From Eledone cirrhosa (Eukaryota): 64,000 bases of DNA. Below the pieces are notes generated by a model. It saw nothing but the letters and a program-made list of their open reading frames with translations. It was not told the DNA's origin and ran no database searches. Below, piece after piece: positions 14,388 to 27,506 of this stretch. Positions within the stretch are counted from its first letter, which is position 1; the number at the start of each line of letters is the position of its first letter. The position numbers and the translations under genes are program-made. The stretch covers positions 303,490,001-303,554,000 of the forward strand of contig OZ024741.1 in assembly GCA_964016885.1 (NCBI GenBank), given 5' to 3'.

Positions 14388-14988
14388 CTTCTCCTGCTCA
14401 TCTCATCATCATCATCGTCATCATCATCATCATCATCATCATCATCTTCTTCAGCATCACCAGCAGCACCACCACCACCACCACCTTCACAATCATCACC
14501 ACCACCACCACCATCATCTTCATCACCACCACCATCATCATCATCACCATCATTACCGCCATCATCATCATCATCACCACCATTACCACCATCACCACCA
14601 CCACCATCACCACCACCACCACCATCACCACCATCATCACCACCACCATCAACACCACCACCATCATCACCACTACCACCACCACCACCACCACCATCAC
14701 CACCACTACCACCACCATCACAACCACCACCACCACCACCACCACCACCACCATGAACAATATCATCATCAACATCATCAGCAGTAAAAACAACAACAAC
14801 ATAAGGAGCAACGCCAATTGTTAATTGTGTTTGTTAAATTAGTCGTTAAGATTGATTAGTTTAGTCTTTCACTGGCAATTGCTGTGATCGAACTAAACTA
14901 TTTACCCATTAGCCTTTTCTCATAGCAAATGGCAGCTAGTGTGAGTTATTGATTGCTTTATCGATAGATAGATCGATTGATTGATTGG

Positions 14989-15020
<32 letters not shown>

Positions 15021-15525
15021 GCTCTTGGTGCTGCTGTTGCTAATGTTGTTGTTATTGTTGCTGTTGTTATTATTGTTATTGTCGCTGTTATAGTTGTTAT
15101 TGTTGTTGTTATTGTTACTGTTATTATTATTGCTTTTATTACTGCTGTTGTTATTGTTGTTGTTATTATTGTTGTTATTGCTGTTGTTATTGTTGTTATT
15201 ATTGCTTCTGTTGTTATTGTTGTTGTTATTGCTGATGTTATTATTGTTGCTTTTATTACTGCTGTTGTTATTGTTGTTGTTATTGCTTCTGTTGTTATTG
15301 TTGTTGTTATTGCTGATGTTGTTATTGTTGTTGTTATTATTGCTTTTATTGCTGCTGTTGTTATTGTTGTTGTTATTGCTGATGTTGTTCCGGTTGTTGC
15401 TGTTGTTATTGTTGTTGCTGTTGTTATTGTTGTTGCTGTTGTTATTGTTGGTGTTGTTGTTGTCGTTGTTGTTGTTATTGCAGCTGTTTTATTGTTGTTG
15501 CTGTTATTGTTTTGGTTGTTATGGT
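14140..15525. repeat. Compound trinucleotide microsatellites (CAC/CAT, TTC, then GTT/ATT)
   Basis: Direct sequence. Source of the poly-H/T/V/L pseudo-ORFs. Confidence 0.9.
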
Positions 15526-15798
15526 TGATACACCCATACACACATGCATACACATATACACCATATTCTTGCATAAAACTGGACGATCATATCTTCTTAC
15601 CTTCTACGTCAACCATCTGATGTTGCTAAAGTAGAAAATGTTGATGAATTGCTATAAATTTCAGGATTTTTCCATCACCAGTGACGAATTACCTTATGTT
15701 AATGCTACTGCTAATTAATTCCAGCCAGTCAAGCCGGCACTATATGAAGATGAACTTATCCAGTAGATGTTTTATACGCAAAACTTATATAAGCTATA

Positions 15799-15846
15799 TA
15801 CTACACTGATGAGGGATAATACATCCTGAAATACTAGTGTCTGGTG
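15799..15846 (+). ncRNA. Type I hammerhead ribozyme candidate, family H
   Basis: CTGATGA-g-ggat-aatac-atcc-t-GAAA-tac-ta-gtg-TC-tggtg. Helix I is imperfect. Confidence 0.55.
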
Positions 15847-16764
15847 CTTTTGTACATCTACTGAGAAAGCTGCGACATGATTGATCGATACTTGAAACAC
15901 TCATAGTGAGACTGTTATAAATCGGGCTACGTTAGTGCTACCGCTAAATAAAGATAATGTATAAGTTCAGAACAACAATGACAGAGATACTAATCCATGA
16001 TATTCGACTTACTGAGAGCAGATGATACTTGATGATGATTATAATGTGTTGAAATAGCACAGTGATCTTTAAAGGTACAATAGAAAGACATTTAAATGTA
16101 TGTATATAATTATAGTTGAAACAGGCAGATTACCAAACCATATTGTCTTTACGATATAAGGCAGTGAATTGGGTGTTGTTAGGGTGTCGGATTAAAAATA
16201 CCTCGGTATTTGTTCTTGCTGACTGCACTCTAAGTTCAAATCTCGCCGCGGTAAACATTGCATTTCATCTTTTCCCCGGTCGATAAATAAAGTACTAGTT
16301 TAATACTAGGGTCGATTCTTCTTCTTCTTCTTCTTCTTCTTCTTCTTCTTCTTCTTCTTCTTCTTCTTCTTCTTCTTCTTCTTCTTCTCTCTGTCTTTCT
16401 CTGAAATACATCGACTGTGGGAGATATGGGCTCTGCCAAGTTTAAAATGCCCGAGACACGCCGTCAGTCAGGACAGCGCCCATACGACTATCAGGAATTA
16501 ACGGCCATTTAACTTTTATCTTCATAATACCAATTAATAAATGAGACATCTAAGTACGCCTCTACTCATTCGATTGATCTCATAGAAGGAAATATTGGAT
16601 AATGTAGTCCCTGTACATAAAAATAAGGGCGACCTGTTAACGTTGAGAAGTTTATCATAACACTGCTCGGAAAAAAGGAGGGATGATAATGGGTGCAAGA
16701 ATAATAACAACAACAACAACAACAATAACAACAGCAACAATAACAGCAACAATAATGGTTTCTT

Positions 16765-16955
16765 ATTTAGGCACAAAGCCAGCAACTTTGGGGGAAGGGA
16801 AGTCGATTAAATTGACCCCAGTGCGTGACTGGTACTTTATTTTATCGTAAGGATGAAAGGCAAAGTTAACCTCGGCGGGATTTGAACTCAGATCATAAAG
16901 GGCCGTAACTCTATGCTGTAAATCATGGCGTCAGACCCTCTACCGATACTGCCAA
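16765..16955 (-). mobile_element. Abundant SINE family (core GTTCAAATCCCGCCGAGGTTAACTTTGCCTTTCATCC)
   Basis: B-box-like GTTCAAATCC plus a conserved core. More than 15 diverged copies in the window, e.g. ~790-920, 7910-8005, 16170-16316, 17596-17770, 20570-21090, 27520-27640, 27900-29810, 49285-49440, 52645-52845, 53185-53335. Confidence 0.7.
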
Positions 16956-17439
16956 TCAATAATAACAACAACAACAATACCAACAACCATAACAACAGCA
17001 ACAATAAAAACAACAATAACAACGGCAACAATACCAACAATAACAATTACAATAGCAGCAATAACAGCAACCATAACAACAACAACAATAACGACATCAA
17101 CAATAACAAAAACCATAACAACAGCAACAATAACAATAGCCATAACAATAGAAACAATAACAATAGCAGCAACAACAACAACCATAACAACAGCATGAGT
17201 GTATTTACAAGTTTATATATATATTTGGCTATATGTGTGTGCTTTAAAGTATATTTAAGTGTGGAAAGTGCACTTAAAACGAAGATATCTGATTTTATGT
17301 ATAACTTGGCAATTCTATTTACATGCGCCAAGCCGACTTTGAAATGTAATCTTAGGAGTTTATAGTGTATTCTAATTTTTTGTGAGTGAGAGTCCCCCCC
17401 CCCCCAATACTTGAAGAGCCCCGGGATCCCAATTTCTAA

Positions 17440-18206
17440 ATCCGTTCCTGATTATCTACATACAAAAATTCGCGTATTAAAGATGTGAAGACCTTTGTTT
17501 TGGCAGCAAACCATCGAACAAAACTTGATATAAATTCCATGTGAGCAATCCTTAAATGCCATAAGGAAAAGCATAGAGAAATATAATTTTTTCTAGTTTG
17601 GACACAAGGCCAACAAATATCCCAGTGCATTACTGGTACTTTATTTTATCGACCCCGTAAGGATGACAGGCAAAGTTAACCTCGGAGGGATTTGAACTGA
17701 GACATTAAAGGGCCGTAACTCTATGCTGCAGAGCATGGTGTCTGGCGCTCTACCGACACTGCCAATCCACATGTAAACAGTATAGGTTCTGGTATATCTT
17801 TTATTTTACCCCAACTTCGTCAAAAATGGGATCTGACCCCTGTCCACCTATATTGACATAAGCTTTCATACCATCATGAAAACCTTTCAGAACTGATACG
17901 AACTTGTCAGGACAACTGAGCTTAGTCAGAATCTTCCATATGGCAGTCATATTCACTGTATCAAAAATCTTTGACAAGTCAACCAAGATGTGATGCGAAC
18001 CCATTCCCTGTTCGATTCACTTTTGCCTGTAGTTACCTAACACAGAAGACATGCCTGTTGTCCCTCTGCCACTTCTAAAGCCATACTTACTCAGGAAGAA
18101 CATTGCCAGTAATGGTATGAAGCAATCTGTCCAACACGATCTTACACAATAGCTTTCCCACAACTGGCAGGAGGGCTATCCAACGATAATTACCACAATC
18201 ATGTTT
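17440..18206 (-). mobile_element. Decayed RTE-clade LINE RT fragment, interrupted by a SINE at ~17590-17800
   Basis: HDCGNYR..ALL, VDLSKIFDTVN...LWKIL-like and FAAKTKVFTSLIREFLYVD segments, homologous to the 46875-47105 RT. Confidence 0.75.
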
Positions 18207-18351
18207 GCACCTCCTGCTTTATAAAGCGACACACCACCATCGATGCATCTTTCCAGTCTTGGGGAACGTCTTGTTCCAAACCTTATGTATCAGGTTTGTA
18301 AGAAGTCGAAGAATGTTTCGTCTTACATATTTTAGTACCTCAGAACAAATA

Positions 18352-18720
18352 CCATACATACATACATACATACATGGTGGCTGCCCCATCGTTACCGAGT
18401 ATGGTCATTGCATGATATAACATTATTAGTAGTTATCAATTAATGCTATCGTGCAATTCCTGTGCGTGAAGATTTTTTTTAAAGTGAGGAAAGACTGTGC
18501 CAATCCCACTCTCTGAGCGACAGTAGCTATAACCCGAAAAGAAGAAAAGATCAACATCATCGGTAACTACTGAGCCGCAGGTTTTATGTCGGAGTTATTC
18601 CAGTTTCCTGAGTTGCCTTCTCCTAGAAGAATGCCCTGACAAAGGCTAGGGGTCCTTCACTTCCAGTGGTTTAACCGCGCGATCGGGTATCCAGCCCGAT
18701 GATTTCTATGTCCCCGCGCA
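18352..18720 (-). mobile_element. Non-autonomous RTE-derived element with (TATG)n tail
   Basis: 3' end GGCAGCCACCATG(TATG)n is shared with the RTE at 45433. The body resembles 47400-47520. Confidence 0.6.
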
Positions 18721-18772
18721 CATACATACATACATACATACATACATACATACATACATACACAGATACATA

Positions 18773-20142
18773 CTAAATCCGAGCAGTTGATGTTGGAACT
18801 CAAAAAATACTAAACAACACCGGAAACTTCCACATCAACAGTGACGTAGACCGCCTTTACTTGAAACGTAAGCAGGGAGGCAGGGCCCTAACATCAGTCC
18901 AGACAGCATTTGAATGTCGCATCATATCTCTCCGACAACATCTACGAACCTCGAAGCGTAGGAGCCAGTTTCTCGAGCAAGTCTATCTGCATGAAACAGA
19001 TAAGATCATGAGAGTTGGGAAGGAACTCCTCGAGAGATATTCCCTGTGTGATAATCAAAAACTCACATCCAGGGAAGTCGCTCAGCAGTACCGCAGTGAA
19101 TCCATGGATGAAAAACTGCATGCTTGTCAGCAAAAAATCATGCATGGATATGTTGCCAGGAAGCTCCAGAGTGAGAGTAGTATAGATAAGGAAAGTAGTC
19201 TATCTTGGACCAACAACCGCTATATTGGCTCTCACTTTGAAGGATACACTTTTGAAATCCAAGAACAGGAGATTAACACGAAATACCTGATTCACAAAAG
19301 AGATAGAGGTGCAGGCAAAACACCTAGATGTGATAACAAGTGCAGACTTTGCAGAACTAACATCGAGGATATCACCCATGTCATCAGCAGCTGTCCAAAG
19401 ATGTCATCGCGGTACTATGTAGTGGCCAAAACACTGTACAATGCAGTTCGTAAAAAAAGATAGCCCCGATAATAAACACATTAAAAGTTACAGCAATGTG
19501 GAAGACATCCATGTACATAATATGAAAGAGTACTGGCGGAATGTTCCAGTAAAAACCCCAATAAAATGCAGGCATAACAGACCAGATATTATGATATGGA
19601 CAGGGAGAAGAAAGCATGCACTGTAGTGGAAATTAGCTGCCCAGCAGATGCCAATATAATATCAAAGATTAGCGAAAAGGAGAATATTTATGCAGAACTG
19701 ATGAGAAATCTGCAGATACTCCACCCTGATTACACCTTCAGATTTATGCCTGTGATTATTGGGGCACTGGGGTATGTTAGTAACTGCCTCAATACAAATC
19801 TTGAGAAGCGAGGCTTCACAGGAACAGAAAGAACACAACTAGTTAGGAAATTACAAGTACAATCCATTAATGGAACAGTAAAAATATGTAAAACATTCCA
19901 AAAATGTTGCAGCTAATAACTGCATATACACATGTACAGATACAAAGCATATACACATGCACACATGCAACTCAAAACTTACACATCCACACATACAATA
20001 ACATCTATATCTACACATGCATGCATACATAATCTACCTAGTTGATGTTGTGTAAATTCCAATGAGAGAGTCTTGTGTCTTTGTTAGAAACCGACTCTCT
20101 CTCTATTGGGAAAAAATTTGTGAAATTATAAAACCAGAAGAA
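18773..20142 (+). mobile_element. 5'-truncated R4/Dong-like (RLE-type) non-LTR retrotransposon, frameshifted
   Basis: DVDRLYLKRKQGGRAL, CCHC knuckle CRLC..HVISSC, and restriction-like endonuclease NRPDI...VVEISCP...K..Y. Flanked by (CATA)n. Confidence 0.85.
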
Positions 20143-20151
20143 CATACATAA

Positions 20152-20420
20152 CTGGTACTCTGCCGGTTTCGACGGCGAGTGTTCCTTCCAGTTGATACGA
20201 TCAAGGGAACAGCCTGCTCATGAAATTAACGTGCAAGTGAATAAGCATTCCAGACACATGTACCCTTAACGTAGTTCTCAGGGAGATTCAGAGACACAGA
20301 ATGTGATAGGGCTGGCCCTTCGATTTACAGGTACATCTCATTTTTCTCAGCTGCGTGGACTGGAGTAACATGAAATTAAGTATTTAGCTCAAAGACACAA
20401 CACACCACCAGAAATCGAAC
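20152..20420 (-). mobile_element. SINE of a second family (related copies ~28200-28510 and 51760-52040)
   Basis: Shared core AACAGCCTGCTCATGAAATTAAC...GTACCCTTAACGTA.TTCTCAGGGAG and a CORE-like GTGTTGTGTCTTTGAGC segment. Confidence 0.6.
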
Positions 20421-20474
20421 TGACGGGGAAAGAGAGTAGGAGAGAGAGGGGGAGAGAGAAAATACACGAGAGAA

Positions 20475-20520
<46 letters not shown>

Positions 20521-21516
20521 TACGCGAGAAAGAGATATATAGAGAGAATCAACTGAACACTGGACATGTACGTTTTTTGATCGACCTCAAACAGATGAAA
20601 GGCATAGTTGACCTCGGTAGGATTTGAACTCAGGGAAAGCAGAGATCCGGAATGAACACCAGAAGGCATTCTATCCGTTCTAACGATACTACCAATTCGT
20701 CACCTTTAGAATTGGTTGAGCGTCGGATAAAACGTGGTTGCGGTATTTGTTATGGCTTCTTACCTTCTGAGTTCAAATCTCGCAGATGTCAACTTTGTCT
20801 GTCATCCTCCCATAATCGATAAAATAACGTTCCAGCCAAGAACTAGGGTTAATTTAATCAAATTTCGCTGATATTCTGCCTAAATTAAAAAAAAATTCAT
20901 TATTTAGGTGGATTGGCAGTATCGGTAGAGGGTCGGGCGCCATGCTTTGACGCATAGAGTTACGGCCCTTGCCATTCTGAGTTCAAATCCCACCGAGGTT
21001 AACTTTGCCTTTCATCCTTACCGGGTCTATAAAATAAAGTACCAGTAATACACTGAATAATTGCTGGCCTTGTGCCAAAAGTAGAATCAATTATTTAGCC
21101 ATAAATCGAAAACTCTGACCAACTAGACTTATGATCAAAGACATTCCAGCCGTGACTATCTCGTCCTTTTCCTATGTGAATAATAAAATCCAGAGCCACA
21201 TTATCAAAAGCTGTCCTTTTTCTGGTGGCAGTGGCGTGTATCTCTAGCGTGTGGCGGTAATATGGAAGAAAGGAGGGTTGGGGTCGTGAAGTAGTGGTAG
21301 TATTGGGCTTGGGGTGGATGGATGGTATATAAGTTGGGTGGGGCGGGGCTGGGCAGGGTGGTGTTGGGTACCAGTGTTATAGAGTTCGATGAAAATACAG
21401 GTGTCTTGCTCTCACGGCTCTCACAATCCCTCTTTTCACTCTGCCACTCCCCCTTCTCTCTCTCTCATGCAGCCGAAAAGACTGTGTGACTTAACAATAA
21501 CGACGATGACAACAGA

Positions 21517-21549
<33 letters not shown>

Positions 21550-21814
21550 GCTGCTGCTGCTACTACTACTACTACTATCATAACCACCACCACCACCACC
21601 ACCACCACCACCAATACTATCACCACTACCACTACAACCACCACTACTACCACCACTACCACCATCACCACCACCACCACTACTACCACCACTAAAACCA
21701 TCACTACCACCACTACCACTACAACCACCACTACTACTACTATCATAACAACCGCCGCAGCCACTACCACCACCACTGCCATTACTGCCACCACCACCAC
21801 CACTACCACTACTT

Positions 21815-24790
21815 GGCAGTGGTGGTGGGGGTGGTAGTGGGGGTGGGGGTCGTCGTCGTCGTCATGAAGGTGGTGGGTGTGGTGGTGTGAGTGGCAGTGG
21901 TGGTCGTGATGATGATCGTGGTGACAGTGGTAGTAGTAGTTGTGATGATGGTCGTGTAGATAGTGGTGATAGTGGGTTGATGGTGGCTGTGTCGTGGTTA
22001 TCGTAGTGCCGGTGGTGGTAGTGGTGGCTGTGGTAGTTGTGGTGGCATGGTGGTGATTGTACTCGTGGTTATGGTAGTGGCGGTTGTGGTAGTGGTGCTG
22101 TGGTAGTTATGGTGCTCGTGGTGATGGAAGTGGTGGTGGTGGTGGTGGTAGTTGTGGTAGTGGATGTGGTGGTGGTTGTACTCGTGGTTATGGTAGTGGC
22201 GGCTGTGGTAGTGGTGCTGTGGTAGTTATGGTGCTCGTGGTGATGGAAGTGGTGGTGGTGGTGGTGGTGGTAGTTATGGTAGTTGTGGTGGTGGATGTGG
22301 TGGTGGTTGTGCTCGTGGTTATGGTAGTGGCGGTTGTGGTAGTGGTGGTTGTGGTAGTTATGGTGCTCGTGGTGATGGAAGTGGTGGTGGTGGTGGTGGT
22401 GGTAGTTATGGTAGTTGTGGTGGTGGATGTGGTGGTGGTAGTAGTGGTGGTAGTGGTGGTGGTAGTGGTGGTGGTAGTGGTGGTGGTAGTGGTGGTATTG
22501 GCGGTGGTAGTGGTGGTGGTGGTGTTGGCGATTGTGGTGACGGTTATGGTAGTGGTGGTGGTAGTGGTGGTGGTAGTGGTGGTATTGGCGGTGGTAGTGG
22601 TGGTGGTGGTGTTGGCGATTGTGGTGACGGTTATGGTAGTGGTGGTGGTAGTGGTGGTGGTAGTTGTGGTGGTAGTGGTGGTGGCAGTGGTGGCGGTTAT
22701 GGTAGTGGTGTGGTAGTAGCGGTGGTAATGGTGGTGGTAGTGGTGGTGGTATTGGTGGCGGTTATGGTAGTGGTGGTGGTAGTAGTAATGATGGTTGTGG
22801 TGGTGGATGTGGTGGTGGTGGTAGTGGTGGTTATGGTAGTTGTGGTGGTGGATGTGGTGGTGGTTGTCGTAGTGGTTATGGTAGTGGCGGTTGTGGTAGT
22901 GGTGGCTGTGGTAGTTATGGTGCTCGTGTTGATGGAAGTGGTGGTGGTGGTGGTGGTAGTTGTAATGATGGTTGTGGTGGTGGATGTGGTGGTGGTTGTG
23001 CTCGTGGTTATGGTAGTGGCGGTTGTGGTAGTGGTGGCTGTGGTAGTTATGGTGCTCGTGGTGATGGAAGTGGTGGTGGTGGTGGTGGTAGTTGTAATGA
23101 TGGTTGTGGTAGTGGTGGCTGTGGTAGTTATGGTGCTCGTGGTGATGGAAGTGGTGGTGGTGGTGGTGGTAGTTGTAATGATGGTTGTGGTGGTGGGTGT
23201 GGTGGTGGTTGTGCTCGTAGTTATGGTAGTGGCGGTTGTGGTAGTGGTGGCTGTGGTAGTTATGGTGCTCGTGGTGATGGAAGTGGTGGTGGTAGTGGTG
23301 GTTATGGTAGTTGTGGTGGTGGATGTGGTGGTGGTTGTGCTCGTGGTTATGGTAGTGGCGGTTGTGGTAGTGGTGGCTGTGGTAGTTATGGTGCTCGTGG
23401 TGATGGAAGTGGTGGTGGTGGTGGTGGTAGTTGTAATGATGGTTGTGGTGGTGGATGTGGTGGTGGTTGTGCACGTGGTTATGGTAGTGGCGGTTGTGGT
23501 AATGGTGGCTGCGGTAGTTGTGTGGGTTGTGGTAGTTGTTACGATGGTCGTGGGGGTAGGTGTGGTGGTGGTTGTGGTGGCGGTTATGGTAGTGGTGGTG
23601 GTAGTGGTGGTGGTAGTTGTGGTGGTAGTGGTGATGTTGGCGGTTGTGGTAGTGGTGCTGTTGGCGGTTGTGGTGGCGGTTATGGTAGTGGTGGTGGTAG
23701 TGGTGGTGTTGGCGGTTGTGGTAGTGGTGGTGGTGGTGTTGGCGGTTGTGGTGGCGGTTATGGTAGTGGTGGTGGTAGTGGTGGTGGTAGTTGTGGTGGT
23801 AGTGGTGGTGGTAGTTGTGGTGGTAGTGATGGTGGCAGTGGTGGTGGTTATGCTAGTGGTGGTGGTAGTAGTGGTGGTAGTGGTGGTGGTAGTGGTGGTG
23901 GCAGTGGTGGCTGTTATGGTAGTGGTGGTGGTTGTGGTGGTGGTAGTGGTGGTATTGGCGGTGGTAGTGGTGGTGGTGATGTTGGCGGTTGTGGTGACGG
24001 TTATGGTAGTGGTGGTGGTAGTGGTGGTGGTAGTTGTGGTGGTAGTGGTGGTGGCAGTGGTGGCGGTTATTTTAGTGGTGGTGGTAGTAGTAATGATGGT
24101 TGTGGTGGTGGATGTGGTGGTGGTTGTCGTAGTGGTTATGGTAGTGGCGGTTGTGGTAGTGGTGGCTGTGGTAGTTATGGTGCTCGTGGTGATGGAAGTG
24201 GGGGTGGTGGTGGTAGTTGTAATGATGGTTGTGGTGGTGGATGTGGTGGTGGTTGTGCTCGTGGTTATGGTAGTGGCGGTTGTGGTAGTGGTGGCTGTGG
24301 TAGTTATCGTGCTCGTGGTGATGGAAGTGGTGGTGGTGGTGGTGGTTATGGTAGTTGTGGTGGTAGATGTGGTGGTGGTTGTGCACGTGGTTATGGTAGT
24401 GGCGGTTGTGGTAGTGGTGGCTGCGGTAGTTGTGGTGGTTGTGGTAGTTGTTACGATGGTCGTGGCGGTAGGTGTGGTGGTGGTTGTGGTGGCGGTTATG
24501 ATAGTGGTGGTGGTAGTAGTGGTGGTAGTGGTGGTGGTAGTGGTGGTGGTGTTAGTGGTGGTGTTAGTGGTGGTGGTAGTGGTGGTATTGGCGGTGGTAG
24601 TGGTGGTGTTGGCGGTTGTGGTAGTTGTTGTGGTAGTGGTGGTGGTAGTTGTGGTGGTAGTGGTGGTGGCAGGGGTGGCGGTTATGGTAGTGGTGGTGGT
24701 AGTAGCGGTGGTAATGGTGGTGGTAGTGGTGGTGGTAGTGGTGGCGGTTATGGTAGTGGTGGTGGTAGTAGTGGTGGTAGTTGTAGTTAG
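21815..24790. repeat. (GGT)n-derived minisatellite with ~130-bp units; long Gly/Cys/Ser-rich open frame on the + strand
   Basis: The unit recurs, e.g. at 22874 and 23006. Open frames are expected from GGT repeats. Confidence 0.75.
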
Positions 24791-24916
24791 GTGATGATAT
24801 AGAGCCACTCGACTGTGCCACGTGGCTTGGTTGCTTGGGTAAGTTGGACCTGACAAGTCATCAGTGTCTTTATAAGACGTGGGCAAGCGCGTGTATTTGT
24901 GCGCCGTGTGTGTGAG

Positions 24917-24919
<3 letters not shown>

Positions 24920-24957
<38 letters not shown>

Positions 24958-26160
24958 CACCATACATACACACACACACATACACCACCACACATACACC
25001 ACCACACATACACCACCACACACATATCCCCCCTCCTCCCACACACACTTATAAACCCCTAGACACACATGCACCTCACACACATTCACCCACACATAGA
25101 AACTCCCACACACCTACCCCCATACACACACATATACAACCCCTACATACACCCCCCCCAAAACACACATACATTCCCCACACACACATACACCCCCCAC
25201 ATAATACCCCCCCACACACACACACATACGCTCCCCACACACATACACCCCCATCTACACACATACACGCCCCACACACATGACCCCCCCCCACCACCAC
25301 ACACACACATACACGCCCCACACACATGCCCCCCTCCCACCACACACACACACACACATACACCCCCCATACACACACATACCCCCTCCCCCCACACACA
25401 CATACACCCCATCCACACACATGCCCCCCACACATACACCCCCCATATATATGCATCCCCCCTTACACACATAAACACCCTCCACACACACATACATCCC
25501 CCATGCACACATATACACCCCCCACACACACATACATCTTCCCATACACACATATACACCCCCACACACACATACACCCCCCACACACACATACACCCCC
25601 ACACACATACATCCCCCATACACACACATACACCTCCCACACACACATACATCCCCCATACACACACATACACCTCCCACACACACATACATCCCCCATA
25701 CACACACATACATCCCCCATGCACACACATACATCCCCCATACACACACACATACATCCCCCATGCACACACATACATCCCCCATACACACACATACACC
25801 TCCCACACACACATACATTCCCCATACACACACATACACCTCCCACACTCACATACATCCCCCATACACACACATACACCTCCCTCACACACATACATCC
25901 CCCATACACACACATACACCTCCCACACACACATACATTCCCCATACACACACATACACCTCCCACACTCACATACATCCCCCATACACACACATACACC
26001 TCCCTCACACACATACATCCCCCATACACACACATACACCTCCCACACACACATACATTCCCCATACACACACATACACCTCCCACACTCACATACATCC
26101 CCCATACACACACATACACCTCCCACACTCACATACATCCCCCACACACACATACACATG
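24920..26160. repeat. CA/CCC-rich minisatellite with ~40-bp units and a 120-bp higher-order repeat
   Basis: Blocks starting at 25801, 25921 and 26041 are identical. Confidence 0.85.
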
Positions 26161-27226
26161 TTTGAGTTTGTGTCAGACATTTTAGTGTCTTCAGAGTTTC
26201 ACCTGTGTTAAGATGTCTCCCACTACAACAGCTGTAACAGGTCCCTTGTTCATATATCCGGGTGGTGGTGGGGATTGCTTGGTGATGACGATGACGATGA
26301 CGATGATGATGATGGTGATGACGATGGTGTTGGTGGTGGTGGTGGTGATGGTGGTGGTAGTGATGGCGGTGGTGGTGGTGGTGATGGTGGTGGTGGTGGT
26401 GGTGGTGGTGGTGGTGGTGGTGGTGGTGGTGGTGGTGGTGGTGGTGGTGGTGGTAGTGATGGTGGTGATGGTGATGGTGGTGGTGGTGATGGTGGTGGTG
26501 GTGATGGTGGTGATGGTGGTGGTGGTGGTGGTGGTGGTGGTTGTGGTGGTAGTGATGGTGGTGATAGTGGTGGTGGTGGTGGTGATGGTGATGATGATGA
26601 TGATGATGATGATGATAGCGTTGTTGATGGTGGTGGTAGTGGTGGTGGTGGTGGTGGTGGTGGTGGTGATGATGATGATGGTGATTGTGGTGGTGGTGGT
26701 GGTGGTGGTAATGATGATGGTGATGATTATGATGATGATGTTGGTGGTGTGGTGGTGATGGTAATGATGATGATGATGATCGTCGTGGTGGTGGTGGTGG
26801 TGTGGTGGCGGTAATGTTTGTGGTGGTAATGATGATGATGATGATGATGATGGTGGTGGTGATGATGGTGGTGGTGGTTGTGTTGGTGGTGATGATGATG
26901 ATGATGATGATGACCACGACGACCACGACGACAAGAAGGCTCCTAATAGGGGATATTGTTGGTGGTGGCAACAGTGACATATAAGGGCTGTTTGTGGCGA
27001 TATTACGGTTAGTGATCTAGTGGCCTGTGGTAATGATAAGGGCTTTAACACTAATGCTCGGAAGTTCAAAGAACGGGTATTTTATAAAAAGCTAGCCAGT
27101 AGCTACTAAAACCATTACCACCCTGTTATTGATATGTTTAATTAATGTAATGGATGGGCTGGCAGTTTCTGTAGAGGGTCGGACAAAATGCTTTGCAGGA
27201 TTTAGTTACAGCACTTCACTATCTTA

Positions 27227-27506
27227 AGGCGCGTGGCCTAGTGGTAAGGGTGTTGGACTTACGATCATAATGCCGTGGTTTCGATTTCTGGTCTGGGTTG
27301 TGTGTTGTGTTCTTGAGCAAAACACTTCATTTCACGTTGCTCCAGTATACTCAGTTGCAAATGAGTACCAGTGATAGCTGGGGGTTTAAACCTGTGATGG
27401 ACTGGTGTCCTGTCCAGGGAGGAAGTCTTGTACTCTCAGTCGCTTCACGAAACTGGGATAAACACCGGCTTGACGAGCCTTCTGGCTTGATTCAGACTTT
27501 AGACTA
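27227..27506 (+). mobile_element. tRNA-derived SINE nested inside another SINE
   Basis: A box TGGCCTAGTGG, B box GGTTTCGATTTC and CORE-like GTGTTCTTGAGCAAAACACTT. The host SINE halves lie at ~27150-27226 and ~27515-27640. Confidence 0.7.

Noticed and set aside
22697-25048. 783-aa Thr-rich mucin-like ORF (minus) and poly-Val ORF (plus)
   Set aside because: Alternative frames of the GGT/ACC repeat.
27227-27300. tRNA gene
   Set aside because: A and B boxes are present but continue into a SINE core; no complete cloverleaf.
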